A stretch of DNA of 64,000 nucleotides from NCBI GenBank assembly GCA_963692865.2, contig OY843592.1:320001-384000 (forward strand), written 5' to 3'. A program made the translations under genes and the position numbers. How positions within the stretch are numbered: the stretch's first letter is position 1; each line of letters begins with the position of its first letter. The notes under the pieces were generated by a model. It saw only the letters and a program-made list of their open reading frames with translations. It was not told the DNA's origin and made no database searches. Source of the DNA: a bacterium. GTDB taxonomy: Bacteria > UBA8248. Shown in pieces: positions 47,780 to 58,563 of the stretch.

Positions 47780-49432
47780 TCATGAATTCGCAGAATGCCC
47801 GATTGCGGCATCCTCTTGCTCGATTTCGTTCGGCATCAAATGAAAGCCCTCGTATCCCGCCTCCACGATTTTCGCGCATTTTTTCGAATAGACGTCGAAC
47901 CCGGCGATGTAGGGCATGAACACGCGCGGCTTGCCCGGTACGTTCGCCCCCAGATACCAGGAGGCGCACTTGTAGCGAATCGTCTTGGCGGTCTCCTCGT
48001 TGTTGTGCGCCACCCAGGCGTCTTCCGCCTCCACCGAAGCCTCGATGGACTTCATCCCGTTTTCGCGCAGATACGCGAGGCACGCGCCTATCCACTCGAC
48101 GTGATGGTCGATGGAGGTCTGCATGTTCGTCAGCACCGAGGGGCTCCCCGGACCGGTGATGGTGAACATGTTCGGGAATCCGGCCGTCATGAGGCCGAGA
48201 TAGGTGCGGGGGCCTTCTCTCCACTTGTCCTGCAGGGTGCGTCCGCCGCGCCCTCTGATGTCGATCCTGAGCAGGGTCCCCGTCATGGCGTCGAACCCCG
48301 TCGCCAGGATGAGGGTGTCGATGTCATACACTTGGCCCCCCGTCATCACCCCCTCTGGCGTTATCTTCTCGATGGGCGATTCGCTCACGTCGACCAGGCG
48401 CACGTTCGGGCGGTTGTAAGCCTCGTAATACTCCGTAACGACGCAGAGGCGCTTGCATCCGATGACGGTCGTGGGGCAAAGCAGTTCCGCGGTTTTCGGA
48501 TCCTTCACGACCGAGCGAATCTTGTTGCGGACGAATTCGCCCGCCGTCCGGTTCGCCTCCTCGCTGTAGCGCAAATCCGTGAAGGCGGAGAGGAAGGGCA
48601 GACCCCCGTGCGCCCAGCGTTTCTCGAATTCGCGCTCGCGTTCTTCTTCGCCGACCTTCAGGGCCTCCCGCTCGCCGAAGGTCTGATCGAATCCCGTGGC
48701 CGACTTCTTGGCTCTCGCCCGGATTTGCGGGTAGTTCGCCTTCACCTCGCGCTCGCGCTCCTCGCCGAGGGGGCCGTTTTGCGCGGGCACGGCGTAGTGC
48801 GCCGTTCGTTGGAAGACGAACACTTCGTCCGCCTCACGCGCGATGATGGGAATCGACTGCATGGCGGATGAACCCGTGCCGATGACGCCCACCCGTTTCC
48901 CCGAGAAGTCCACCTTTTCGTGCGGCCAGAGTCCGGTGTGGTAGACGGGGCCGCCGAAGCCGTCCAGCCCCTCGAAGGCGGGAAAATTGGGCGAGGAGAG
49001 ACACCCGGTGGCCATCACGCAGAAGCCGGCCGAGACCCGCTCGCCGCCGTCCGTCTCGACGACCCAGCGGCTCGCCTCCTCATCGAATACGGCGGAGACG
49101 ATTCGCGTGTTGAACACGACGTCCCTTCTCAAATCGAAGCGCTCGGCCACGTGCTCGATATAGCTGAGAATCTCGGGCTGGGCGGCGTAGCGCTCGCTCC
49201 ACTCCCATTCCTGCTGGAGTTCTTCTGAGAACTGGTAGGAGTACTGGACGCTCTCCGTGTCGCATCGCGCGCCCGGGTAGCGGTTCCAGTACCAGGTGCC
49301 GCCCACGTCGCCGCCCGCCTCGTAGACGCGCGCCCTGAAACCGCGCGTGCGCAGCCTGTGGAGCATGAAAAGGCCGGCGACGCCCGCGCCGACGATGAGG
49401 ACATCGAGGTCCGGTTTATCGTTGCCTTTCAA
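47780..49432 (-). CDS. Type I Baeyer-Villiger monooxygenase (cyclohexanone monooxygenase-like)
   Basis: GAGVAG, GGTWYWNRYPGARCD, FGGPVYHTGLWP fingerprint, GTGSS, ATGFD. Confidence 0.94.
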   Translation of the reverse strand: MKGNDKPDLDVLIVGAGVAGLFMLHRLRTRGFRARVYEAGGDVGGTWYWNRYPGARCDTESVQYSYQFSEELQQEWEWSERYAAQPEILSYIEHVAERFDLRRDVVFNTRIVSAVFDEEASRWVVETDGGERVSAGFCVMATGCLSSPNFPAFEGLDGFGGPVYHTGLWPHEKVDFSGKRVGVIGTGSSAMQSIPIIAREADEVFVFQRTAHYAVPAQNGPLGEEREREVKANYPQIRARAKKSATGFDQTFGEREALKVGEEEREREFEKRWAHGGLPFLSAFTDLRYSEEANRTAGEFVRNKIRSVVKDPKTAELLCPTTVIGCKRLCVVTEYYEAYNRPNVRLVDVSESPIEKITPEGVMTGGQVYDIDTLILATGFDAMTGTLLRIDIRGRGGRTLQDKWREGPRTYLGLMTAGFPNMFTITGPGSPSVLTNMQTSIDHHVEWIGACLAYLRENGMKSIEASVEAEDAWVAHNNEETAKTIRYKCASWYLGANVPGKPRVFMPYIAGFDVYSKKCAKIVEAGYEGFHLMPNEIEQEDAAIGHSANS

Positions 49433-49750
49433 CCCTTACCCCTTTATTTCGTTTCTTTTTCCTGTAATCGGAGCATCGCACATTTTCTTTCATTTTTCGA
49501 TGAACGTTGCATATTTATCGAATTTTTCACTTATTCCGCTCAAGTGGCTTATTTCCACTATACCCACCGCCGACTGATGCCAAAAGTTGATGAACAACTA
49601 CGGGCGATTAAGGGGTATTGCCGACATTTGCAAGGACCATAAGGAGAAAGTCGGGCCTCATTATGGGAAATATACGCTTGACTGGCCAAGCGTATATTTC
49701 CCGTTCGATGAATCGCTTCGGTATTTCCCTGTGGATTTTGGGGGCGGGAG

Positions 49751-51211
49751 CTACCTCACCGCTGAAACACGGTTCCGGGATCTTCGCTTTCGGCGCCTCC
49801 TGGGTGCGCCGGCTACGGGTCCACCAGGAGCGGTCCGCTTCCCGGAAAAACCCGGATATTCGGGTTTCGACCCATTCGAAGCCGGCACGCCTGGCGGGGT
49901 CTGCTGTTCGGGTACGTTTCCATTTGATGCGGATCGACGGCTGCCGCCCGATGCGCCACGGCGCCTGGACGCTGCCCGCCCGGAGGCGGACGGTTTGGAC
50001 CGCTTCTGCCCTCCGGGCGCAGTGGCGCTTTGATGGGGGTGGTTTTCGACGATGGATATGGGCTGTTTCGTTACCCGCTCGATGTCGCGGAGAAAGGTCC
50101 GCTCTGAGGGGTCGCAGAATGAGAATGCGATTCCTTCGGCGCCCGCCCGTGCGGTTCTCCCGACACGGTGGACGTAGCTCTCGGGGATGTTGGGAAGCTC
50201 ATAGTTGATGACGTGGCTGACGCCGGAGATGTCGATGCCGCGCGCAGCAACGTCGGTGGCGACGAGAAGACGGGCGCGCCCGTTCCGGAATTTCTCGAGG
50301 GCGCTCTGACGAGCGTTCTGGGTCTTGTTGCCGTGTATGGCCTCTGTCGAAAAACCTGCTTTTTCGAGCTGCTCGGCGAGGCGGTTGGCCCCTCGCTTCG
50401 TGCGCATGAATACGAGCACGCGGCTCATGTCGGCGTCCTTGAGAAGGTGCGTCAGCAACGATCGCTTGTTTGGCGTGTCGGTAAAGAAAACCCGCTGGTC
50501 GACCTGCTCGACGGTGATAATTCTCGGGGAGACCTCGACCCGGACGGGATCGTTCAGTATGTCTCTGGCCAGGCGCGCGACGTCGGATGGCATGGTTGCC
50601 GAAAAAAGCATCGTCTGCCGCTTTTCAGGCAGGGAGACCATGATCTTCCGCACATCGCGCAGAAAGCCCATATCGAGCATTAGATCGGCCTCGTCCAGGA
50701 CGAGGTGGGATATCTGATCAAGGCGGACGTGGCCCTGCTCTTTCAGATCCAGCAGACGCCCGGGTGTGGCTACGAGGATGTCCACCCCGCCAGAGAGAGC
50801 GCGAACCTGAGAATGCTGGCTCACGCCGCCCAGGATGACAGTGTGGCGCAACGGCAGGCGCCGCCCGTAGGCGCGGAAGCTCTCCCCAATCTGGATGGCG
50901 AGTTCACGCGTGGGCGCAAGAATGAGGGCGCGCGGGGCGGGTCGCCGGCGGTTTCTTTCGCCACGATCTCCTTTGCCGCCGGGGGTTCTATACTCGCCCG
51001 GCCGGCCGGCGGAAAGATGCTGCAAGATGGGCAGGGCGAAGGCGGCGGTTTTTCCCGTGCCGGTCTGGGCGATGCCGAGCAGATCCTTTCCGGCGAGGAG
51101 TTGCGGAATAGACTGTTCCTGAATTGGGGTCGGGTGGGCGTAGTTCTCCGCGCGAAGGGCGCGTAGGAGTGGCTCGGCCACGCCGAGATCGGTGAATGAA
51201 CTTTGAAGCAT
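49751..51211 (-). CDS. rhlE: DEAD-box RNA helicase (RhlE-like)
   Basis: PTPIQ, AQTGTGKT, PTRELA, TPGRL, DEAD, SAT, ARGID, HRVGRTAR; basic C-terminal tail. Confidence 0.9.
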   Translation of the reverse strand: MLQSSFTDLGVAEPLLRALRAENYAHPTPIQEQSIPQLLAGKDLLGIAQTGTGKTAAFALPILQHLSAGRPGEYRTPGGKGDRGERNRRRPAPRALILAPTRELAIQIGESFRAYGRRLPLRHTVILGGVSQHSQVRALSGGVDILVATPGRLLDLKEQGHVRLDQISHLVLDEADLMLDMGFLRDVRKIMVSLPEKRQTMLFSATMPSDVARLARDILNDPVRVEVSPRIITVEQVDQRVFFTDTPNKRSLLTHLLKDADMSRVLVFMRTKRGANRLAEQLEKAGFSTEAIHGNKTQNARQSALEKFRNGRARLLVATDVAARGIDISGVSHVINYELPNIPESYVHRVGRTARAGAEGIAFSFCDPSERTFLRDIERVTKQPISIVENHPHQSATAPGGQKRSKPSASGRAASRRRGASGGSRRSASNGNVPEQQTPPGVPASNGSKPEYPGFSGKRTAPGGPVAGAPRRRRKRRSRNRVSAVR

Positions 51212-51782
51212 GTAATCGAACTTCCTTCTGCCAGTATTCGCCGCCCCTTTAGGCGGACGTATGCTTGGCTGGTACCGCTTTCCACACGCATCTGGAGAAG
51301 ACGGAGGGTAACTGGATAGAACTCGGGATGAGAGGCGCTTCCGATCACCAGGAAACACAACGCGTGATCACGAGAAATGTCGAGGGGGTTTATGCACTCC
51401 CCGCGCCTGAATGTCAAGAGGGAGGGAAAAAGGCGCCTCCAATGGCGCGCGCAGTCATACTGATGCCGTTTTCTCGATGATTCCCATCGCGCCAAAGACC
51501 CTCGATAATTATCGGGTTTCAATGATACCTTTTGGATTGCCGATAAGCATTCATTTCCTCCCTCCTCGGTCGGCCAAGCGGAATCGGCGCAAGCGAAAAA
51601 TACGGGCAAATGCGCGCGACGAACCGACGCGATACCGGAGGTCTCCGGTTCTTTCTCTCGTTCGGCCTCCCGCCGTTGCGAAAACCGGGCGTCGCCCCTA
51701 GTATTCCCGCATCGTCTGAAACCGGAAACGCTCCCCAACCCACAGGGGAGCAGGAACACGGCACAACACGAAAGGATGCGTC

Positions 51783-54095
51783 ATGGAGGATAAGAGCGGG
51801 GCGTTCCGTCTGGAGGAAGCGTCCATCGAAGACCTGCACGCGGCGATTCGCGCGGGACGCACGACGTGCGTAGCAGTCGTGGAGCACTACCTCGCGCGCG
51901 TCCGCGCGTACAACGGCGTCGCCAGCATGCTCGTCACCGAAGACGGCGCGCCCGTTCCCGAAGCCAGGGGCGTGGTTCGCGGCGGCGCGCCGCTCGAGTT
52001 CCCGACCGAAACGGTGAAGGCTTCCGACTACCTGCCCGACCTGGACGAATACGCAGGCCCGCCGCTGGAGTTCGGACGCATGGAGGCCACCGCGTCCGAC
52101 CCCGAGGTCGAGCAGCAGTACGGCATGATCGTCGGCATCCCCAACGCGGGCCAGGTGAACGCCCTCGCCACCCTGAACATCCGGGGCGAGCGATCCGTCA
52201 CGTGCAAGGGCGATTTCGACAGGCATCCCGCGGAAGGCCCCCTGCCGCCGGGCGCGCCGCCCATGTGCGAGGTCTTCCGCCATTACCCCGACGCGCTTGA
52301 GCGCGCGGCGGAGCTCGACGCGGAGTACGGCGCCGACCCCGACCTCGAAAAAATGCCGATGTTCGGCGTCGCCTTCTCCTTCAAGGACCCCTTCGACACG
52401 AAGGACATGCGCTCCACCGGCGGGGGCGACGCGGCCTATGACATCGATTTCCCCGCGCGCGACCACGTCCTCGTCGAGCAGCTCAGGAACAAGGGCGCCG
52501 TCATCTTCGCCAAGGCCGTGAGCACCGAATACAACGGGCGCGCGGGCGACCCGGGCGGGCGGCACGCGCCCGAGAAGGCGCTGCCCTCGGTGCTCGGCTA
52601 CCAGCGCAGCACGTGGGGCGGGAACCCGTCCAACCCCTACGACACCACGCGGGCGGCCTCTCTGGGTTCGAGTTCGGGCTCCGCCCTCTCGGTGAGCACG
52701 AACATGGTGATGGCGAGCCTGGGCGAGGAGACGAGGGCCTCCTGCCGGGGGCCGTCGAACCACAACGCCGTCGCGCTCATCCTGCCGCACAAGGCGATGC
52801 TCGGGTTTGACGGCGGCGCCATCGGGGCGGACATCTACTGCGACAGGAGCGGCGTCATCACGAAATCACTCGCCGATTGCGCCAGGGTGCTCGACGCGCT
52901 CAAGGACCCGGTGAACGGCTACTACGACCCGCGCGACCCGTTCACCACGGTGCCGCGCTCCTCCGTTCTGGATACGCCCTACGCCTCGCACATACGGACG
53001 AGCGGGGAGGCGGGCGCGCTCGAAGGCGCGCGAATCGGCGTCATCCGCGAGTCGATGGTCTATCCCAGAGGGTCGAAATCGGAAGAACCCATCGTCAACG
53101 CGGCGGCGAGGGAGATAAAGGAAGTCCTGGGCCTAAAGCTGGGCGCCAAACTCCTCGAATCCACCGACCCCCTCTGGGCGGGCGACCCCGAGGTCGAGAC
53201 GATGAAGACGGATTTCCGCCGCGCACTCGCCAGGCTCATCCCCGTCTTCATGCCGGACATCATGTTCCGCCTGACGCCCGGGGGCGAGCCGCTCTTCACC
53301 GAGTTCGCAGAGGCCATCGCGCCCACCGAGTTCGCGCCGGGCGTCGTTTTCGGCTCGGGCGATATGCAGCCCATCGACTACATGCTCGCCATGGGCGAGG
53401 GCAGGATCGAGCAGCCGATAAACCTGGACCTCGCCACCGTGCAGCAGCAGGAACTCGCCATGACGTTCCGCTACCACATCCACCAGTACCTCTCGCGCCG
53501 GGCGGAGGACTGGGAGGCGCGCGGATACAGCGAGACCATCACGGGATTTCCAGAGCTGAACGCGCGCTCCAAGTTCTGGGGCGACGACCACCGCGCCGCC
53601 TTCAGGAACTGGGAGGAAGTCTCAGACCCGCGCAACCCCCACGGGGACCGCCAGGGGGTGAACGAGCGCATCATGCTGCGCGAACTCCTGCGCCGCGTGG
53701 ACATGATGGTGATCCTGGAGAACGACCTCGACGCACTCGTGCGCCTGCATACGCCGTTCCCGCCCGCCGTCATCGGCGGCGCGGTCCAGCCCGGCCTCCT
53801 GCTCAACTCCCGGCCGGAATCCCAAAGCGGGCCGAACGCGGGGCTGACGGAAGTGCTCGTGCCGGCGGGCTACGTGCGCACGACGTACGACCCCGTTTTC
53901 GAGCTGAGCGAGGACGGGACGCGGTTCGTCTCCGCCCACAACGATGAGGCCACCACCATCCCCGAGCCGGGCCTGCCGTTCTCGCTCGTCTTCCGCGCGG
54001 AACCCGGCAGGGAGGACGTGCTGCTCAAGATCGCCTCGACGTATGAGGCGGCCTCGAAGCGCCGCATCCCCCCGCCCGATTTCGGGCCGCTGTAG
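51783..54095 (+). CDS. Amidase signature family protein
   Basis: KDPFDT (Lys), GSSSGS (cis-Ser), GEETRASCRGPS (Ser nucleophile), C-terminal R..P. Confidence 0.88.
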   Translation: MEDKSGAFRLEEASIEDLHAAIRAGRTTCVAVVEHYLARVRAYNGVASMLVTEDGAPVPEARGVVRGGAPLEFPTETVKASDYLPDLDEYAGPPLEFGRMEATASDPEVEQQYGMIVGIPNAGQVNALATLNIRGERSVTCKGDFDRHPAEGPLPPGAPPMCEVFRHYPDALERAAELDAEYGADPDLEKMPMFGVAFSFKDPFDTKDMRSTGGGDAAYDIDFPARDHVLVEQLRNKGAVIFAKAVSTEYNGRAGDPGGRHAPEKALPSVLGYQRSTWGGNPSNPYDTTRAASLGSSSGSALSVSTNMVMASLGEETRASCRGPSNHNAVALILPHKAMLGFDGGAIGADIYCDRSGVITKSLADCARVLDALKDPVNGYYDPRDPFTTVPRSSVLDTPYASHIRTSGEAGALEGARIGVIRESMVYPRGSKSEEPIVNAAAREIKEVLGLKLGAKLLESTDPLWAGDPEVETMKTDFRRALARLIPVFMPDIMFRLTPGGEPLFTEFAEAIAPTEFAPGVVFGSGDMQPIDYMLAMGEGRIEQPINLDLATVQQQELAMTFRYHIHQYLSRRAEDWEARGYSETITGFPELNARSKFWGDDHRAAFRNWEEVSDPRNPHGDRQGVNERIMLRELLRRVDMMVILENDLDALVRLHTPFPPAVIGGAVQPGLLLNSRPESQSGPNAGLTEVLVPAGYVRTTYDPVFELSEDGTRFVSAHNDEATTIPEPGLPFSLVFRAEPGREDVLLKIASTYEAASKRRIPPPDFGPL

Positions 54096-54247
54096 GGATA
54101 GGCCGTTTCGGGCCTAATTTTTGCGTTGAAGACGCTTAGCACCTTTACTCACCGGGAATAAAGACCATCCATCCCCACAAAACCGCTAGACCCGATCAGA
54201 GATCCCCTAGTAGTCTAGGGGAAAATTCTTGCTGCAAAGGAGGGGCC

Positions 54248-56461
54248 ATGGTTCGATTGAAAACTGCCGCTACCATCCTCGAAGGCGCCGAAAAATGGAA
54301 GCAGCGATGCCTGCTCGAAGGCGGCTCACTGTTCTCTGAAGAGCGACTCGGGACAAGGGAAAACTTCGGGGAACTTCAGACCTACTTCGTCGAGCGTCCC
54401 GATGAGGGAAGCGATTCGTTTGAAGAGAAACTACGACGCCAACTTGATCCCGCACCCCCAGAAGCGAAGCGTCTGTGGGCGGAAATGACGTGGGTGTACT
54501 ACCTCGTCGTGGAGCCTGTAACACGGGTAAAGAAGTTCGACAGGATCAGCACAGTCTGGGAGTGGTCAGGCTCTGCGCTGCCCGAGGATCACTGGGCGTT
54601 GGGTGACGTTCTGGACGGTGGGATGATCAGTCCGGGCACGGCCTACCTTGTGCACCAATGGCTTGAGTTCAAGTTCATCATCACCATGATGCTCGACTGG
54701 TGCTCCCGTTCTGCACGGGAGCGGGAATCATTGCTGAACGAGCCTTGGGGTTTCGCGGAATGGGTTGACGGACAGGAAGACGGCCACCGGCGTCAATTCC
54801 GCCATGCCCTGTTGTTTCTGCTGTTCCCTGGCGAGTTCGAAGACATCGTGGCGCGGCGTCACAAGAGAGACATCGTCAAGGCTTTTCATGAGGAAATTGG
54901 CGAAACATACGATGTCGACCGCATGAGTCTTGCCGAACTCGACAGAGCGTTACTTTCGGTAAGGAGACGCTTCGAAGACGAGCATCCCGGAAAAGAAATA
55001 AACTTCTACGAGCCATCCTTGAGGGAACGTTGGCAAGGCAGTTCGACGACGCCGAACGGTGGCGATTGCACAGACGATCCTGGTGATGAGGCATGGTTCC
55101 AGGAGCGCTTCGGTACGGTGAACATATGGGCCATCGCAGCGGGTGAGGGTGCTCGCTTGTGGAGGGATTTCCACGAGCATGGTATCGCGGCGATCGGGTT
55201 CGACGAGCTCGGAGACCTCAATGAATATAACTCAAGAGAAGACGTCCAAAGTGCTTTGATCGAGAACGGCGCAGGACAAAACCCGAGCAACCATTCGCTT
55301 GCCGTTTGGGAATTTATGCACGAGATGAAGCTCGGGGACATTCTCATCGCCAAGAGAGGGCGTAAGACCATACTCGCATGGGGGAAGGTCACCGGAGATT
55401 ACGTCTACGAGCCCGAGCGGCCAGAGTACCGGAACCTTCGGAAGGTCGAATGGCATCCTTGCAGCGCACCGATCAACCTTCAGGATCCGATCACCACCAA
55501 GACGTTGACTCGATTCACCCCTTACAAGAGTTGGTTGCGGAATGTCTTCGAATCGATCGATGCCGAACCGCCGGGAGACGGGCCTATTGAGCAAACCCGA
55601 CCCTATGACATTTCCGACGCAATCGTTGACTTGTTCTTGGAGGAAGCACAATTCCGCCGCATTCTCGACTCCATAGCGCTTCGCAAGAACCTGATCCTCC
55701 AAGGGCCGCCGGGTGTCGGCAAGACCTTCATCGCCCGGCGGATCGCATGGTGCCTGATGGGTCGCAAAGACTCACGACCTATCGAGATAGTGCAATTCCA
55801 TCAGTCCTATGCTTACGAGGACTTCGTGCAGGGCTGGAGGCCGACGGAAACCGGCGGCTTCAGGTTGCGCAACGGCGTATTTTACGAGTTCTGTAAACGC
55901 GCGGAACAACAGCCCGAGACGCCGTTCGTCTTCATCATCGACGAGATCAACCGAGGCAATCTCTCGAGGATATTCGGAGAGTTGCTCATGCTCATCGAAG
56001 CGGACAAGCGTGGCCCCAGGCACGCTATCGCGCTGACATACGGCGCGCCCGGAGAACGCTTCAGCGTTCCTGAAAACGTACATGTCCTGGGACTCATGAA
56101 CACCGCTGACCGTTCTCTGGCGATAGTGGACTACGCGCTGCGCCGCCGGTTTGCGTTCGAGACGCTCAAGCCCGCCTACGGCACCAGCAAATTCCGGGAA
56201 CACTTGCTGGAAGCGGAGGTCGACAAGGACCTCGTTGACCGGATCGACCGCAATCTGTCGGCGCTCAACGAGCGCATCCGTGATGACAAGGATCTCGGCC
56301 CCGGCTTCCAGATCGGACACAGCTACTTCGTGCCCGAGGGATCGGCGGATGAGCAGTGGTACCTGGGCATCGTCGATACACAGATCGCGCCCCTGTTGCG
56401 CGAATACTGGTTCGATCGTCCCGAGCATGTAGATGAACTGGTCGAGGTCTTACAGCGATGA
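54248..56461 (+). CDS. mcrB: McrB-family GTPase of a modification-dependent restriction system
   Basis: GPPGVGKT, QFHQSYAYEDFV, IIDEINRG, MNTADRS, DYALRRRF, IGHSYF. Confidence 0.93.
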   Translation: MVRLKTAATILEGAEKWKQRCLLEGGSLFSEERLGTRENFGELQTYFVERPDEGSDSFEEKLRRQLDPAPPEAKRLWAEMTWVYYLVVEPVTRVKKFDRISTVWEWSGSALPEDHWALGDVLDGGMISPGTAYLVHQWLEFKFIITMMLDWCSRSARERESLLNEPWGFAEWVDGQEDGHRRQFRHALLFLLFPGEFEDIVARRHKRDIVKAFHEEIGETYDVDRMSLAELDRALLSVRRRFEDEHPGKEINFYEPSLRERWQGSSTTPNGGDCTDDPGDEAWFQERFGTVNIWAIAAGEGARLWRDFHEHGIAAIGFDELGDLNEYNSREDVQSALIENGAGQNPSNHSLAVWEFMHEMKLGDILIAKRGRKTILAWGKVTGDYVYEPERPEYRNLRKVEWHPCSAPINLQDPITTKTLTRFTPYKSWLRNVFESIDAEPPGDGPIEQTRPYDISDAIVDLFLEEAQFRRILDSIALRKNLILQGPPGVGKTFIARRIAWCLMGRKDSRPIEIVQFHQSYAYEDFVQGWRPTETGGFRLRNGVFYEFCKRAEQQPETPFVFIIDEINRGNLSRIFGELLMLIEADKRGPRHAIALTYGAPGERFSVPENVHVLGLMNTADRSLAIVDYALRRRFAFETLKPAYGTSKFREHLLEAEVDKDLVDRIDRNLSALNERIRDDKDLGPGFQIGHSYFVPEGSADEQWYLGIVDTQIAPLLREYWFDRPEHVDELVEVLQR

Positions 56462-57498
56462 ACGACAGGAAAATTCCCATCGCCAACATCTATTACCTCC
56501 TGTGCTACGCCTGGGGCCATGTCGAGGAACGCGATATGGTGCGGCTGGAGGAGTTGGAGGGACTGGAAAAAATACACGACCTTCTGGCCAAGGTGCTGGC
56601 CGAAGGGACATTCCGGCTGATACGCAGAGGCATCGATCGCGGCTACCGGGAGGTGCGCGAGGACCTTACTGGCATTCGCGGAAAGATCGCTGTGGGAGAA
56701 ACCGCGAAACGGGCGTTACTCGTACGCGGACAGGTGACTTGCGACTTCGAAGAACTATCCCACGACGTTGTTCACAACCGCATCCTGCGCTCCACGCTGA
56801 GATCCCTGCTGCGACTCAAAGACTTGCACTCAAGTGTGCGCGCTCAAGTCCGGAACGCCTATTCGAAGCTCGACGGCGTAAGCGTAGTGCCGCTTAACCG
56901 CCGGTTGTTCCAACAGGTGCGTCTCGACCGCAACCGCCGGTATTATCGATTCTTGTTATCCGTGTGCCGGCTCATCCATGAGAAGTTGCTGATCGATGAG
57001 CGCTCCGGGGAGGCCACGTTCACCGACTTCAGCGAAGAGCAGATGGAAAGACTGTACGAGGACTTCATCATCGAGTTCTACAGCCGTGAGCAGGACCGTT
57101 ATCAGGTCAACTATCGCGGTCGCACCATCGCATGGGTTGACGAGGGTACGCCCGACCACCAGCGTTCGAAGCTTCCGCGAATGGAAGCCGACGTCATTCT
57201 CGAAGCGCCGGGTCGCCGAATCATCATGGACGCCAAATACTACCGGGAGGCCCTGGGCGGCCGTTACGGCGGGAAGTTGCATTCGAACAATCTCTACCAA
57301 CTCATGTCTTACCTGCGCAATCGTGAGGCTACCGAAGCGCCGGGGCCTAGACACGAAGGAATCTTGCTCTACCCGACAGTTGATATACCTTTGGCGGTCG
57401 ATGTCCGCCTGGAAGGCTTCTCAATCCAGGCCCGCACCATCGACCTTGCCCAGGACTGGCGTAAGATACACGATGGTATGTTAGCCTTAATCACGTAA
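56458..57498 (+). CDS. mcrC: McrC-family PD-(D/E)xK nuclease
   Basis: IPIANIYYLLCYAW, ADVIL..IIMDAKYY, NLYQLMSY, GILLYP; ATGA overlap with mcrB. Confidence 0.93.
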   Translation: MNDRKIPIANIYYLLCYAWGHVEERDMVRLEELEGLEKIHDLLAKVLAEGTFRLIRRGIDRGYREVREDLTGIRGKIAVGETAKRALLVRGQVTCDFEELSHDVVHNRILRSTLRSLLRLKDLHSSVRAQVRNAYSKLDGVSVVPLNRRLFQQVRLDRNRRYYRFLLSVCRLIHEKLLIDERSGEATFTDFSEEQMERLYEDFIIEFYSREQDRYQVNYRGRTIAWVDEGTPDHQRSKLPRMEADVILEAPGRRIIMDAKYYREALGGRYGGKLHSNNLYQLMSYLRNREATEAPGPRHEGILLYPTVDIPLAVDVRLEGFSIQARTIDLAQDWRKIHDGMLALIT

Positions 57499-57530
57499 TT
57501 GAGTTTGCATTTCTATTGAAAGTAGCGAAT

Positions 57531-57855
57531 TCGGCGGCGCTGTCCAGCCCGGCCTCCTGCTGAACTCACGGCCAGAATCCCAGAGCGGCCCGAACGCGGG
57601 CCTGACCGAAGTGCTCGTGCCCGCGGGCTACGTGCGCACGACGTATGACCCGGTATTCGATCTCAGCGAGGACGGGACGCGGTTCGTCTCCGCCCACAAC
57701 GATGAGGCCACCACCATCCCCGAGCCCGGCCTGCCGTTCTCGCTCGTCTTCCGCGCCGAACCCGGCCGGGAGGACGTACTGCTGCGCATCGCCTCGACCT
57801 ACGAAGCGGCCTCGAAGCGCCGCATCCCCCCGCCCGATTTCGGGCCGCTGTAGGG
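57531..57855 (+). pseudogene. Orphan duplicate of the amidase 3' end (direct repeat of 53773-54097)
   Basis: 325-bp colinear repeat with ~25 substitutions by manual alignment; lacks the 5' part of the gene. Confidence 0.9.
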
Positions 57856-58049
57856 GGGGCGGAATCCGAGGCATTTGGACGGCGCTTTCCTGTTGTAGAG
57901 GCGATTCACGAATTGTTGGAACGACGAGGCTTCGTAGGGGCGGACCTGTGTGTCCGCCCCTACAGTACCATCGCGTCTTTGCGTAGGGGCCGTTCGCGAA
58001 CGTGGGCCGTTTACAAACGGCCCACTACAAAATCGCCGGGTCGCGGATT

Positions 58050-58222
58050 CACTCCCCCCTTGAGGGGGAGTCGGTGAGGTGAGGGGGATTTTGCCCGAAA
58101 CCGAACCGGTGGGGGGAGCTTTTTCTGTGGCATGTCCCCCCACCGAATCGGCCTTCGCACAAACCGCTCGGCCTCTTCGTCCGGCTTTCCCCTCGGGAAG
58201 CCAGACCCTCAAGGGGGGAGTG
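58050..58222. repeat. REP-like doublet, family A
   Basis: Same arms as 782-980. Confidence 0.85.
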
Positions 58223-58240
58223 GCTCGACCCGACCCTCAA

Positions 58241-58563
58241 TGGGTTGTTGAAAAACCCCTCTCCGCCTCATCCTGAGTAGCGGCGAAGCCGCGTATCGAA
58301 GGCACGAACCCCCTCGTCGGAATCAACCCCCCTACCCCCCCTTGTCAGGGGTCAAACGCGAGTGAGGAACGAGCGTTTGCAGAAGCCATTGATGAGAAAC
58401 ACATCGGTCCGCAATTTCTCGCTCATCGCTCGAAATTGACCCCTGACAAGGGGGGTAGGGGGGGTTGGTTTTTAAGCCGACTAGGGGTGTAAAGGTGGGT
58501 GGTTTTCCAGTCGAGAAGGGGCGTCCCCTCTCCCCCTTGAAAAGGGGCTTTTTCAACAGCCCC
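58241..58563. mobile_element. TIR-bounded element carrying an uninterrupted family C REP doublet (58324-58467)
   Basis: TGGGTTGTTGAAAAA ... TTTTTCAACAGCCCC; internal CCCCCTACCCCCCCTTGTCAGGGG ... CCCCTGACAAGGGGGGTAGGGGG. Confidence 0.78.

Noticed and set aside
57611-57853. 80-aa ORF as an independent gene
   Set aside because: It is the duplicated amidase tail and lacks the catalytic region and a convincing RBS.
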